From positions 64,001-128,000 of the forward strand of contig CAVVUS010000014.1 of NCBI GenBank assembly GCA_963751345.1: 64,000 nt of DNA, read 5' to 3'. A program made the translations under genes and the position numbers. Source of the DNA: an uncultured Chloroflexia bacterium (lineage in GTDB: Bacteria; Chloroflexota; Anaerolineae; B4-G1; SLSP01). A model generated the notes under the pieces. It was not told the origin of the DNA and did not search any database. It saw only the letters and a list, made by a program, of their open reading frames with translations. Below are positions 1-11,400 of this stretch, one piece after another; the stretch's first letter is position 1, and each line of letters begins with the position of its first letter.

Positions 1-1
1 C

Positions 2-832
2 CACAACGTCTCGTTCAGCTATGAGCGCGACGTGCCCGTCATCCGCGACGTCTCGTTCGAGATCCAGCCGGGGGAGATCATGGCGCTGGTAGGGCCGAGC
101 GGGGCGGGCAAGAGCACGATCTTCAACCTGATCCCGCGCTTCTACGACCCGACCGAGGGCAGCATCCAACTCGACGGGCACGATCTGCGCTCGATCACCC
201 AGCAGAGCCTGCGGGAGCAACTGGCGATTGTCCCCCAGGAGACGCTGCTGTTCGGCGGCACGATCCGCGAGAACATCCTCTATGGGCGGCTGGACGCCGG
301 CGAGGACGAGATGATTGCGGCGGCTCAAGCTGCCAACGCCCACGAGTTCATCCTGGGGTTTCCCGACGGGTACGAGACGATCGTCGGCGAGCGCGGCACG
401 AAGCTGAGCGGCGGCCAGCGGCAGCGCATCGCCATCGCGCGCGCCATCCTAAAGGACCCACGGATCTTGCTGCTGGACGAGGCCACCAGTTCGCTGGACA
501 ACGAATCGGAGGGGCTGGTGCAGGAAGCGCTCGACCGCCTGATGCAGGGCAGGACGACGGTGATCATCGCTCACCGGCTGAGCACGATCAAAGTCGCCCA
601 CCGCATCGCCGTGCTGGAGGCCGGACAGATCACCGAACTGGGCACGCACGAGGAACTGATGGAACGCAACGGCACGTACGCCCGCCTCTACGCCATGCAG
701 TTCCGCGATCCGGAAGAGGAGCTGGCGGCGTTACAGACTGCCATGGCTGCCTATCAAGCCAACAAGGAGACGCTAATCGAGAAGAGGCCGAGCCTCCTTA
801 GCGTCCTGAGAAGTGCTGCCGGCCCGGACTAG
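2..832 (+). CDS. ABC exporter ATP-binding domain (C-terminal part of an MsbA/ABCB-type protein; truncated by window edge)
   Basis: Walker A GPSGAGKS, signature LSGGQRQR, Walker [12 protein letters not shown]; frame is open from position 2. Confidence 0.92.
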   Translation, partial: HNVSFSYERDVPVIRDVSFEIQPGEIMALVGPSGAGKSTIFNLIPRFYDPTEGSIQLDGHDLRSITQQSLREQLAIVPQETLLFGGTIRENILYGRLDAGEDEMIAAAQAANAHEFILGFPDGYETIVGERGTKLSGGQRQRIAIARAILKDPRILLLDEATSSLDNESEGLVQEALDRLMQGRTTVIIAHRLSTIKVAHRIAVLEAGQITELGTHEELMERNGTYARLYAMQFRDPEEELAALQTAMAAYQANKETLIEKRPSLLSVLRSAAGPD

Positions 833-912
833 ATCCGTGGCACCCGATTGACAGATCGACCAACCGGCATACGCTATGTCCGGTATCACTTAGCGATAGG
901 GAGGTAAGAACG

Positions 913-1305
913 ATGACCGGGTATGTAGGACCTATTGAGAAGCTGACGGTGGAAAACAACTACTTCCGGCAGGTGCTCTTCACGGGCGAGCACATGCAGC
1001 TTGTGCTGATGTGCCTGCAAGGCGGCGAGGAGATCGGCAACGAGGTGCACGAGACCGTCGACCAGTTCTTCCGCATTGAGGAAGGCAAAGCCAAGTTCGT
1101 CTTCAATAATGAGGAGGAGCACGTGGTCGGCGACGGAGATGCGGTGATCGTGCCGGCGGGCACGTGGCACAACGTCATCAATGTATCTCCAACCGACAAG
1201 CTCAAGCTCTACACCGTTTACACACCCCCCAACCATCCCGATGGGACGGTGCACAAGACAAAGGCCGAGGCGGACGCTGCGGAGGCCGCCGAGCACCACC
1301 ACTAG
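913..1305 (+). CDS. Cupin domain protein
   Basis: GNEVH..VDQFFRIEEG and GD.VIVPAGTWHNV cupin motifs; GGAGG RBS upstream. Confidence 0.9.
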   Translation: MTGYVGPIEKLTVENNYFRQVLFTGEHMQLVLMCLQGGEEIGNEVHETVDQFFRIEEGKAKFVFNNEEEHVVGDGDAVIVPAGTWHNVINVSPTDKLKLYTVYTPPNHPDGTVHKTKAEADAAEAAEHHH

Positions 1306-1351
1306 CCCGCCATTCACACGACACCCGGTTGGTTCGGGGCCGCCGTATCTG

Positions 1352-1416
1352 ATCTTCCGGGAAGCTCATAGGCTCGTATCTGCGCTGATAGAGCTTCACG
1401 CAGCTTCCCGGAAGAT
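1352..1416. repeat. REP-like element, family A copy 1
   Basis: ATCTTCCGGGAAGCT (1352-1366) and its perfect reverse complement (1402-1416); the same arms recur at 18638-18700. Confidence 0.8.
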
Positions 1417-1438
1417 ACTGCCACAAGCAGGAGCGTCT

Positions 1439-2659
1439 ATGGCAAAACCGAAGGTCAAGGTCGGCGTCGTAGGTTGTGGCGTGGTCGCTACGGCCTACTA
1501 TCTCCCCTACCTGATGCGGATGGAGACGGTGGACCTGGTCGCCGTCTGCGACCGCTACGAGATGCGCACCGCGGCGAGCGCGCGCCTCTTCGGCGCGAAG
1601 GAGCAGTATCTCGACTACTACGAGATGATCGACCAGGCCGACATCGACGCCGTGTTTATCCTCACCGCGCCCGGCACGCACGTGCCGTTCACGATGGAGG
1701 CCGTCGAGGCCGGAAAGCACGTGCTGATCCAGAAGCCGATGGCGACCAATATGGACGACGCGCGGATGATCGCCGCCGCCATTCGCAAGGCAGGCGTGAA
1801 GGCGATCATCGAGCCGAGCTCCAGCACCTCGCTCGACCCGGACACCGCGCTGGTGCGCGATCTCGTCAAAAAGGGCGTGCTGGGCGACATCCTCTGGTTC
1901 TCGCTCGGCGCGACCGGTCCTACGACCTACGGCCCTTCGCTGGGCAGCAACCCCTACGGTCAGGACGCCTTCTACGCCAAGGACAGCGGCGGCTTTCTCT
2001 TCGACCTGCCCTATGCCCCTACGCAGATCGTCTCGGCGCTGGGCGCCTGCAAGAGCGTCTACGCCAAGGCCCACATCGCGGTCAAAGATGCCACGATCGT
2101 GCCGGAGGAGAAGTACGACGAGTTCCTCGCAGGCGCCACCGACCCCGACCACGCTAACTATTGGGACGTCGTGGTCGACCTGCCCCGCACCCAGCACGTC
2201 CGGATGGAGGCGGTCGATCAGGCCTATTCGCTCTACGAGATGGCCGACGGCAGCGTGGGCACGTGCCACGTGGGGCGGATCTACCATCCCGTCCTGCCCG
2301 GCACCGGGGGCGGCGCGCTCCAGGTCTTCGGTACCGACGGCAACCTGCTCTTCGGCGCGGGCTACACCGCGTCGATCATCTCCGAGCACAAGGACCTGCT
2401 GCCGCACGTCGACGCCGACGGATGGTTCCACATCCCGGTCCGCGGCGACCGGAGCAAGGCCAAGTGGCCCCAGCCGACGCCGGGCGCTTTCAACTACTAC
2501 CACCAATCCTCACAGCACCTGATCGACTGCATCCTGGAGGATCGCGAGCCGATCGTGAACGTCGATTGGGGCCTGCATATCACCGAGATGATGGCGGGGG
2601 CATTGGAATCGTCACGGACCGGCGAGCGGTACGATATGACGACGACGGTGAACGTGTAG
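1439..2659 (+). CDS. Gfo/Idh/MocA family oxidoreductase
   Basis: Rossmann motif VGVVGCGVVA, GKHVLIQKPMA; start moved to ATG 1439 after the AGGAG RBS. Confidence 0.9.
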   Translation: MAKPKVKVGVVGCGVVATAYYLPYLMRMETVDLVAVCDRYEMRTAASARLFGAKEQYLDYYEMIDQADIDAVFILTAPGTHVPFTMEAVEAGKHVLIQKPMATNMDDARMIAAAIRKAGVKAIIEPSSSTSLDPDTALVRDLVKKGVLGDILWFSLGATGPTTYGPSLGSNPYGQDAFYAKDSGGFLFDLPYAPTQIVSALGACKSVYAKAHIAVKDATIVPEEKYDEFLAGATDPDHANYWDVVVDLPRTQHVRMEAVDQAYSLYEMADGSVGTCHVGRIYHPVLPGTGGGALQVFGTDGNLLFGAGYTASIISEHKDLLPHVDADGWFHIPVRGDRSKAKWPQPTPGAFNYYHQSSQHLIDCILEDREPIVNVDWGLHITEMMAGALESSRTGERYDMTTTVNV

Positions 2660-2660
2660 G

Positions 2661-2727
2661 GAAAGGTAACAAGGGATAAGGAAATAGGGGACAAGGTAAG
2701 TGGACATTCCTTATCCCTTGTTGCCTT
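2661..2727. terminator. Long purine/pyrimidine inverted-repeat hairpin between convergent genes
   Basis: AAGGTAACAAGGGATAAGGAA ... TTCCTTATCCCTTGTTGCCTT directly after the stop codon. Confidence 0.6.
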
Positions 2728-2776
2728 AGCGCCTCATCGCCGAGCAGCCCGCGGCCTAACTTCGCAGACTGACCGC

Positions 2777-5700
2777 CTAGACCGGGTGGCTTGTGCTTGT
2801 GCCCAGCTCGTAAAGTGCAAGGATCTCGCGGTTAGCCACAACATTCGTCAGGTAGGAGTCTCGCGTCGCCTCATCCGTGATCGTTGCTGCGCGCCTCTGC
2901 AGGAAACGGTAGCTGGCCCGTAGGATCTTGGGCGCTCGCGGGTCGCCCACGGCCTCCAATACCCGAACGCTGGTCAGATACACCTGCGTCGGCTCCAAAG
3001 CGCCATCGATCGCACCATCCAACAACTGGTCGATCATAGGCTCTATGTACGAGAGAGCCTCTGCCGGTGCTTCCCTGGCCATAGCGACCGCAGCCAGACT
3101 TTCGCGCACATCCAGAGCCAAGTTAGGTCTCTGAATGAGGCGCACCTCCGGATCCTCGACCACGCCGAGTGCGTTTTGGTAAGCAGCCTGTGCTGCCTCT
3201 AGCTCCGCGAGTTCCAAATGGGCACGCCCTCTTTCAAGCCGAGCCCTCAACTCGCATGAATGGCTTCAATCCCTCCTGAAGCTCGCCGGGGATGTCCAAG
3301 GCCGTGAGTACCTTTTGTCCGTAGGCACGCGCCCCATCGGGTTTGCCCTCCAGACAGCTGATGAGAGCAAGGCCGGCCCAAGCTTGTAGTCGAGGGTATG
3401 CGTCATACATCTCGGGATTTGCGGCGGTGACTGTGGTGATGGTCTCCTGATACGCCGAGCGGGCGGCAGCATATAGGCCCAGATCCGTCAGTAACTCTCC
3501 CTGAGCCGCAAGGGCAAAAGCGACACCGAGGGGAGCGCGCACCTCCCTCAGCAATGCCGCAGCCGACTTAAGAGCGGCCTCGGCCTCTGCATAGCGCCCG
3601 AGGGCAGCGTATATCCAACCGAGCGTGTGGAGTCCATCGCCCTCATCATATCGGGTCCCACATCTCTCTCAAGCTTAAGGCCTCGATCGACAAGCCCCAG
3701 AGCGCGCTCATAGTTTCCGGCATGCAAGCTTTGAAGGGCTAGCACATTGAGAATGTTAGCTTCTCCAGCGAGATCACCTGCCGCGCGACACACGTTCAGG
3801 CCCTGCTCCAGCACTGCCACCGCCTGTGTATGTCGGCCTGCAAGCAACAATTGAAGTCCATATTCGCGCAGCGCTAGGCCCTCAATATACTGAGCGCCGG
3901 CCGCGTGCGCGATGCCAGCCGCGCGCTCGTACCTCTCCAACTCGTCGTATGACTGGTACGAGTCGACCTGACCTCGCGCAATCACGACCGTGTCCTGAAC
4001 CTTACCAGGCCCCCCTACGGCTCTGTACAGGTCATCGATCGCATCACCGGTCTGCCCCAACCTGAGATGTCGACGCGCTCTCTGCAGTGCCACCTCTGCC
4101 TGTCGGGGCAAGGAGCCCAGCGCTTCCGCGATTCCCTGGAGAAGATCCAAATCGTGTCCTGCTGCATCGCGGTCGCCCAACAGATCATAGGCGCGCTCCC
4201 GGCTCAGGAGCAGATCATAGCGCGAAGCCAGATCTCCTTCAGGCAGGAGTTGGAGTGCGCGGGTGAAGTGCCCGATGGCCTCCACATTGGCGTATTGCGA
4301 AGCCGCTTGCTCACCGGCTCGCTTTAGATAGTGCACTGCCCATTCCAGGTTCCCCATGCTCCCAATGGTAGGCGAGCAGGCTCAACTGCGCCGAGATCTG
4401 TTCAGGGTAGAGCCGCTCCATGCCTCCGCAACCCGACGGTGCAACGCTCGTCGTTTACGCCGCAAAAGGCTCCCGTAGGCCGCCTCCAGCGTCAGTTGGT
4501 GCTCAAAGACGAACATCCGGTCAGGTGGCTGATCTACCGTGGGGCCAGACGCTCCGGAATACTCGCGGACCAGTTGCTCACGCACCAGCCGAAGCAGGGC
4601 CTCGTCCAGCGATCCATCTTCCGACCGGAGATCCTCTCCTGACACGATGTCGAGGAGCAGGCGATGACTGAAAATGCGCCCAGCCACCGCAGCTAAGTGC
4701 AGCACCTGTTTTGCCGCCAGCGGGAGCCGATCAATGCGCGCTATCAGCACGCTCTCGAGGGTCGGCGGCAGCTCATTCGCCTCCGTCTCCCGATCGACAA
4801 GCGAACGCACGAGCTCCGCGGTGAAGAAGGGATTACCCTCGGCGCGCTGCTGCAATCGCGTCACCAGATCCTCGTCGGCCTCGCGAGCCCCGGCAGCTTC
4901 CGACAGAAAGCGCCGGACCAGCTCCCCGCTGTCGGCCGGCGGCAATGGCGCAGCGCGGATCCGTGTGACGATGGCCGTAATCACGGCAGCAAGGTCTCGC
5001 GACTCGCCAGGATCCGTGGTCTCGCAGGGGCCGCATCGCTAGGATCAGCAACACCGGGATCCGGTCCCCCAATTCCAGCACGGACTCCAGCAACGCCATC
5101 GACGCCCCGTCGGCCCAGTGAAGATCCTCCAGAACGAACACCAACGAAGCATGTCGCGCGCCACGTATAAGGAGTCGGTCACCGCCTTGAACATGGCGGT
5201 CTGCAGAAGCCCCGCTCTAACTAGCCGGTTGCGAGCGGTCGAGGTCTCGGGTCCACGGGCAACGAAAGCCGACGCGTCAGGTAGGGAGAGATCGCATCGA
5301 GCCTGCTCGGGGCAAAGCTTCCGGAAGTCGCGCCTCCAGCTCTGCACGACGCCGTCAGGGTGCAGGCATCATCCAGGTCGAGCAGTCTCCGCAGCAGCCC
5401 CTGCCAGCCGTAGTACGCCTCATTTCGGTGTATGACAACCATCGTCCCTCTACCCATCGAAGAGGGGGTCCGCTGCCGGATGTCACTAATCGCTTTCGTG
5501 AATCGGGTCCATCGTCAACAGCAGGACGGTGGTCGATCGCCCCCGCCTTGGCCTCAGCCACCAGCCGCGACTTGCCAATCCCGGCGTCCCCGATCAGCGT
5601 CACGATGCCCCCGATCCCACCCCGAACCCGGCTGACCGCCGCGTTCAGGGCTTGCAGCTCTGCGTCCCTGCCGATCATGGGCACCCGCAGCCCTTGGATA

Positions 5701-7253
5701 TCGTGCTCCGCAGCTGCCACCACACGGGCCGTCGGACGGTACAGTCGCAGGGCATCTCGTCCCCCCACCAAAACCTCGCCCAGCCAGCCCCACGCGAACT
5801 GTCCGCTCACGCGGCGATAGGTCGCCTCCGTGACCCATACTGACCCGGGAGGCACTCGCTCGCGTACTTCACGCAGCTGCTGCAGCGCCACCGCGTGCAC
5901 CGCCACGCCACCGAGCTCCTTGGCCAGGATCACCGCTTCCCCGGTCGTCACACCTACCTCATAGGCCAGCCAGGCGGTCTCGACCCCCGGCACCGTACGT
6001 TCTGCGACCGCCTCGAGAGCATCAGCGATCTCCAGCGCCGCCAGCACCGCCCGCTCTGCATCGTCCTCGTGGGCAATCTCCGCCCCAAAAACCGCCACGA
6101 GTCCCGCCTCCCCCGTCTGCACGATCGTTCCGCCATACCGCGCCGCCGCTGCCCGCGCGAGCTCGAGGATCTCGTGCAACGTCTCGGCCTGCATCTCCAG
6201 GTCGACACCTGCAGCCTCGTTCCCGATGCCACCTGTTTCGACCGACAGGAAGGTCACCGTGCGGCGCTCCCCTCCCGGTAGGGGGCCTGCCCTAGTTGTC
6301 GACCCTTCGATGCGCCCTGACGACGGTTCGGAAGGCAGACGCGCGGCACCGGGAGAAGGTTCCCCCGGGACGACGGGCTGATCTGAGATGACGGCTTGGC
6401 TGAGGGTGCTCGAAGGTTCCCGCCGGGGAGGCCGCACTGCGACAGGTCCCACCTCTACAGGCGCCGGCGGGCTGACGTCTCCGCGACGGATGTGCTCGTA
6501 GAGCTCCCGCGTCGCCGCCTCCGGCTCGATCCCCAACTCCGCGTCCAGGATCTCCACACATCGCTCGTACTGCGCCAACGCCGCCGCCCGCTGCCCACTC
6601 GACACCAGTGCCCGCATCGCCTGCTGGTGCGCACTCTCCCGCCACGGCTCCAACTCGATCTGCCGCCGCGCGCACTCAAGGCTCTCCCTGTGGGCTCCCC
6701 GCTGTTCGTGGACCTCGCTTAGCTCCCCCAACGCATCCAGTACCTGCACGTGGAATGACTCTCTCTGCGTCACCATCCACCCCTCGAACTCTGCCGAGGG
6801 ATACGAGAACCCCGCCATAAAGTCCCCCCGGTAGAGTTCCGTAGCCGCCCGCAGATGCGCCACACAAACGGAGCATACCTTGTCTCCTGGATGATCGTGC
6901 GCCTGGACTGTTCTGAGGTGCTCATTGAAAGCATGAACGTCCACCCAGACATCGCTGTCTGCGTTCAACTGCAGCTCACTGCGGGAGATCAACAGGTACG
7001 GGGGATCGGCTTCGCGGTCGCCGATCGCGCTGCGCAGGCGAAAGAGGGCAGCCCGCAGGTTCCGCAGCGCCTCAGTATCGGGCCACTCAGGCCACAGCAG
7101 CCCCGCCAGCACCTCCCGCGGCGTGGCGTGCTCCGCGGTGACGGCCAAATAGGCCACCAGCGCCCGCGCGGCATCCACCTCGAAGCCCACCGCCGCTTCG
7201 CCGCTGTGGGTAACCTGCATCGACCCCAACAATCCAACGTTCAGTGTGCCCAT
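2777..7253 (-). CDS. SARP-type wHTH/BTAD + degenerate class III cyclase + P-loop NTPase + TPR regulator, copy 1 (several frameshifts; error or pseudogene)
   Basis: LLWPEW..ALRNLR and LEPWRESAH (BTAD), AHEDDAERAV (cyclase fold), GDAGIGKSRL (Walker A), LEDLHWAD (Walker B), AEGNPFF, TPR-like C-terminus; spread over consecutive ORFs from 5355-7253 down to 2777-3250. Confidence 0.85.
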
Positions 7254-7354
7254 CCCGCCTCATCTCCCAGCCCGCCGGGGATGTACCACTCAGTACGACA
7301 ATCCCCTTCATTCTACCGCGAATGGGGGAGGAAATGAAGAAGACGTGCGATCAG

Positions 7355-7413
7355 ACGCCCTCGTAACGCTCCCATCACGCTGAACTGACGCCCATTCGTC
7401 GATCGTGACACGC
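7355..7413 (+). promoter_or_regulatory. 11-bp-periodic ACGC direct-repeat array, putative wHTH/SARP operator
   Basis: ACGC at 7355, 7366, 7377, 7388 and 7410, with TCGA in phase at 7399, in the divergent intergenic region. Confidence 0.6.
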
Positions 7414-7457
7414 CCCGGCGCTTGACTACAAGCAACTCCACAGGAGGGGAGAAAGCG

Positions 7458-8363
7458 GTGAACAGGCGCCGATGGTTTGTCGTCTTCGCAGCGGTAGTTT
7501 TGGTCGGTTGGTCCGGGTTCGCCTTACCTAGAGACATTGCCTCAAGTCGAGCAGATTCAGCTCGTCTAGAGGCACATTCCGCTAGTCAGGAGATGGCCGA
7601 TCACGAGGCGCTGACGCAGCGAGCGCTGTATCTGATCGGCTCGCCGCGGAACCGGCGGTATGGCTTCTTGGCGGGATGGTCGTCAGGGCAGCTCGCACGG
7701 CTCATCACCTGGTTGGAGCTGGGGGTCAGGATCGATGGACCCTGGAAATCGGAAGAGCTGATGCTGGTCCTCGGTGTGCTGGATGACTTTGGCGCCACCT
7801 TTGGCAAAACGCGCTTTGCAGAGATCGCGAGGGCCGCCATTGCAGCCAGGTCTGACAACAGGGACGAGAACCTGTGGCTGGTGAAAGAGAGGGGAGAAGC
7901 CATTTCAGTCGCAGCATGGTATCCGACGGCAGGCCGCGTGCGTGTCAACGATAGGCTATTTGACAACGAGGTGCTGGCCGCTTCCTACCGGTGGCCCTTC
8001 CTGACAGGTCCCTATGTACAATCCGCCGTCAACATAGACATCCGGCGTGTGATCGTCGGCCACGAGTTCGGCCATCTGGTGATCGACGGGCTGCGCGTCG
8101 AAGCCGCTACCGCCGGCTACCAGGGTCTCTCGCCCGAAGATCTGTATGCGTCCACGGTGGACCCTGCACAGTGGCCCCACGGGCTCGCACCCACCAACGA
8201 GAATCTGGCAACGGAGATCGCGGTCTGGGCACTGGGGATCAAGCGTACCCCGGAGGTCCAGTCCTTCCGAGACGCCTTCCTCAACCGCACGATCGAGAGC
8301 GCCGCATGGCCCGCGGCAACCGCTGCCCTATTCGCGCAGGTATCGGCACATGGGGGACGATAA
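7458..8363 (+). CDS. Secreted HExxH (gluzincin-like) hypothetical protein, copy 1
   Basis: Signal peptide RRRWFVVFAAVVLVG; GHEFGH followed by NENLATE; GTG start after GGAGGGGAG. Confidence 0.7.
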   Translation: MNRRRWFVVFAAVVLVGWSGFALPRDIASSRADSARLEAHSASQEMADHEALTQRALYLIGSPRNRRYGFLAGWSSGQLARLITWLELGVRIDGPWKSEELMLVLGVLDDFGATFGKTRFAEIARAAIAARSDNRDENLWLVKERGEAISVAAWYPTAGRVRVNDRLFDNEVLAASYRWPFLTGPYVQSAVNIDIRRVIVGHEFGHLVIDGLRVEAATAGYQGLSPEDLYASTVDPAQWPHGLAPTNENLATEIAVWALGIKRTPEVQSFRDAFLNRTIESAAWPAATAALFAQVSAHGGR

Positions 8364-8455
8364 GAGCGGATAGCACACCCTGATCAACGTCTGGCTGGAC
8401 GCCGCCGCAAACCGCAACAGGCCTAAGAGGTAACCCTTGCGGTCGGCGGCGTCCT

Positions 8456-11400
8456 TCAGCTCGCAGAAGGGGGTGGACAAGTCCGCCATAGCGCCGCAAT
8501 CTCACGGTTGGCCGCGACGTTCTCGAGGTAGGAACGTCGCAGCAACTCATCATCGACGGCAGCAGCCCGGCCCGACAAAAGACGGTACCCTTCGGCCAGC
8601 ATTCCCCACGCTCGCGGGTCGCCGGCGGCCTCAAGCACCTGATAACAGGTCAGATAGATGCGCACCGGCTCTGCGGTGCCATCGACGCCGCCGTGCTCTA
8701 GATAGGCGAGAATCTGCTCGACCTGCGCGAGCGCGGCGCTTAGCCTGCCCTGGTGCATATACAGCCGGGCCAGCGCAGCCTGGACCTCGGCAGGCATACC
8801 GCGCGGGCCGGCTTTCTGCACCACACCGAGTGCGGTGTCGTATGCTTGCCGCGCACCCCTATCATCCCCGAGGTCGACGAGCGCGTGGCCCATCACCATA
8901 TGAGCCACGGCCCGATTGTAGGGCAGCCACCCGTATTCGGCGTAATGCCCGGTTTCCAGAACAAAGTCGATGGCGCGTTGTGCATAAGTCTGCGCATCCC
9001 GCAGGAGGCCCTCGTGCACCAGTATCAGGGCCGCACGTCCCAAACCCCAAGCCCGCGGGATCAGCCCTCGGCGCTGCGTGGGAAAGGCCAATGCCGCCTG
9101 GAGTTCACGCCAAGCCCGCAAGTAGTCTCCCAGTTCGTCAAAGATGATACCCCTGCAGGCAAGACAACTGGCTTCGGTGACACGGTCGCCTACGCTTTGA
9201 CAGAGAGGCTGCTGCGGCAGCGAGATGCGCCAGTGCCTCGCTGTACCTACCCAGACAAGTCTCGTGGTAGCCTAAAACATAGAGCGTGCTGCCCTGGGCT
9301 TGTTGGTCACCCACCTCGCGCAGAATCGGCAGCGCCGCCAGTCCGCCGGCCCGGCCGCTGGCGAAGTCACCGAAGAAGCCAGAGACACCGGCAAGCTGCC
9401 TGAGCGCTCGCCCTTCACCACTCCGATCCCCGGCTGCGCGGTAGAGTTCGAGGGCCTGTCGCAGCAGGTCACGCCCTTCGGGCCGCAGTTCGCGACTAAG
9501 GTCGACCCCCATCGCGATGAGAATCTCGGCCTCCAAGCGCTGTGGGCCCGAGGTCCTGACAATGGTCAGGGCCCGCTCAAGGTAGTCCAGCACCTGCGTA
9601 TCGGCGGCTCCCGGATCTGCCAATGCCTGACCAATGCGGAAGTACGCCGACCCCTCAAGGGTCAGGTCGTTGCTGGCACGAGCCATCTCGATCGCCCTGC
9701 GCGCCAAGGAAAGCGCTACCTCCGCATCGTGGACGGAGACGGCTTGTTCAGCACGGCGGATCAAGCACTTCGGCCATCTTGTGGGTATCCTGCGCGCGAT
9801 CTGCGAGCGCGGTCAGGCTTTCAAGATCCTTGGTCTGGGCTCTGCGGTCGCCTATCAGATTGTAGACACGTTCGCGCGCCAGCAACAAAGCGTAACGCGT
9901 CTCGTCATCGTCATTCGGCACGAGGGATAGAGCGCGAGAGAAGAATAGGAGTGCCTCGTCATTCGCATATTGCGAAGCGGCTTGCCTGCCTGCTCGCTGG
10001 AGGTAATCCACAGCTCGTGTCAGGTCTCCTGCCTGTTCCCAGTGGTAGGCCAGCAGGCCTAACTGCGCCTCCGTCTGCTCCGGATAGAGCCGTTCTTGGG
10101 CCTCCGCAACGCGCCGGTGCAGCACTCGCCGCTTACGCTGCAGCAGGCTCCGATAAGCCGCTTCCAGCGTGAGCTGATGCTCGAAGATGAACTCCCGGTC
10201 CGGGGGGCGGTCTGCAATAAGGTCCGGGCCGCCGGCATGCTCCCGGATCAACTGCGCACGCAGCAACTCAAGTAATGCGCCATTCAGCAACCCTTCCCTG
10301 AATCCAGGCTCCTCCCCTGAGACAATGTCCAGCAGCAGGTCATAGCTGAAGATGCGTCCCATGACAGCCGCCAGTTGCAGCACGCGCCGCGCTTCCAACG
10401 GCAGACGATCAATGCGGGCCGTCAACACCCCCTCGATCGTCGCCGGCGGTCTTTCTATCATTGCACCTTCGTCGACAAGAGATCGCACGATCTCTGCCGC
10501 GAAGAAGGGATTGCCTTCTGCACGCTGCTGCACTTGCCTCACCAGGTTCACATCGACCCCACTGCCTCTGCCGCCTGCCTGCAAGTAAGAGCGGACCAAC
10601 GCCTCACTCTCTGTCGGCTGCAAAGGACCCAATGACAGATCGGTGTGGCGATGACCGTACTCTCGCATGGCTGTCTCGCGCACGTGCCAGGATCCGTGGG
10701 TTCGCGCCGGGCGCATCGCGATGATAACCAACATTGGCACTTGATCGGTCAACGCCAGCACATGTTCAAGCAACGCCAGCGAAGCGCCATCTGCCCAGTG
10801 GAGATCATCAAGGACAGCCACAAGGGGGACACGCCGTGCCACGGAGGTTAGTAGGGTCGTGACAGCCTGGAAAATCGCGTTCCGGAGCATCCCCGTCGGC
10901 ACCAATCTATCAAGACTGTCCGCAGTCTCCGCATCCTCGGGCAGCGCCAGGAGACGCCTCAGGTAGGGCGTAATCTCGTCGGCCCGATCCGGACAGTGCG
11001 CACGCACCTCCTCTTCCAACGCTTCACACGTTGCGAGCGTGCAGGATTCCGATAGACCGAGCAACCTTCGTAGTAGCTCCTGCCACCCATAGTAGGCCGT
11101 GCCTTCAGTGTACGAAAGCCACTGCCCCTCCACCCACCTTAAGGCCGAGGTACGATCAGATGCCTCCGAGGACGTCTCCGCTCTATGCGCATTGTCGCTG
11201 GCGTCGTCACCGATGGCCCTTGATCTGGCTTCTGCTATCAGGCGTGACTTCCCGATGCCGGCCTCTCCCACGACGGTCACGACCCCACCAATCCCTGCCT
11301 GGAGGCGAACGATAGCGGCGGTCAGCGCCACCAATTCCGCCCCCCGTCCGACCAACGGCACGCGCAGTCCGCCGACCGCGTGTTCCGCAGGTGTCGGCAC

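Noticed and set aside
1181-1438. N-terminal extensions given by the ORF track (also 14852, 16250, 42416, 48011)
   Set aside because: They overlap upstream genes or repeats; downstream starts fit the RBS or family N-terminus better.
1202-2506. Long antisense ORFs (also 33373-34521, 41144-42250, 58207-59547 and others)
   Set aside because: Shadow frames of real genes, expected at high GC; no recognisable motifs.
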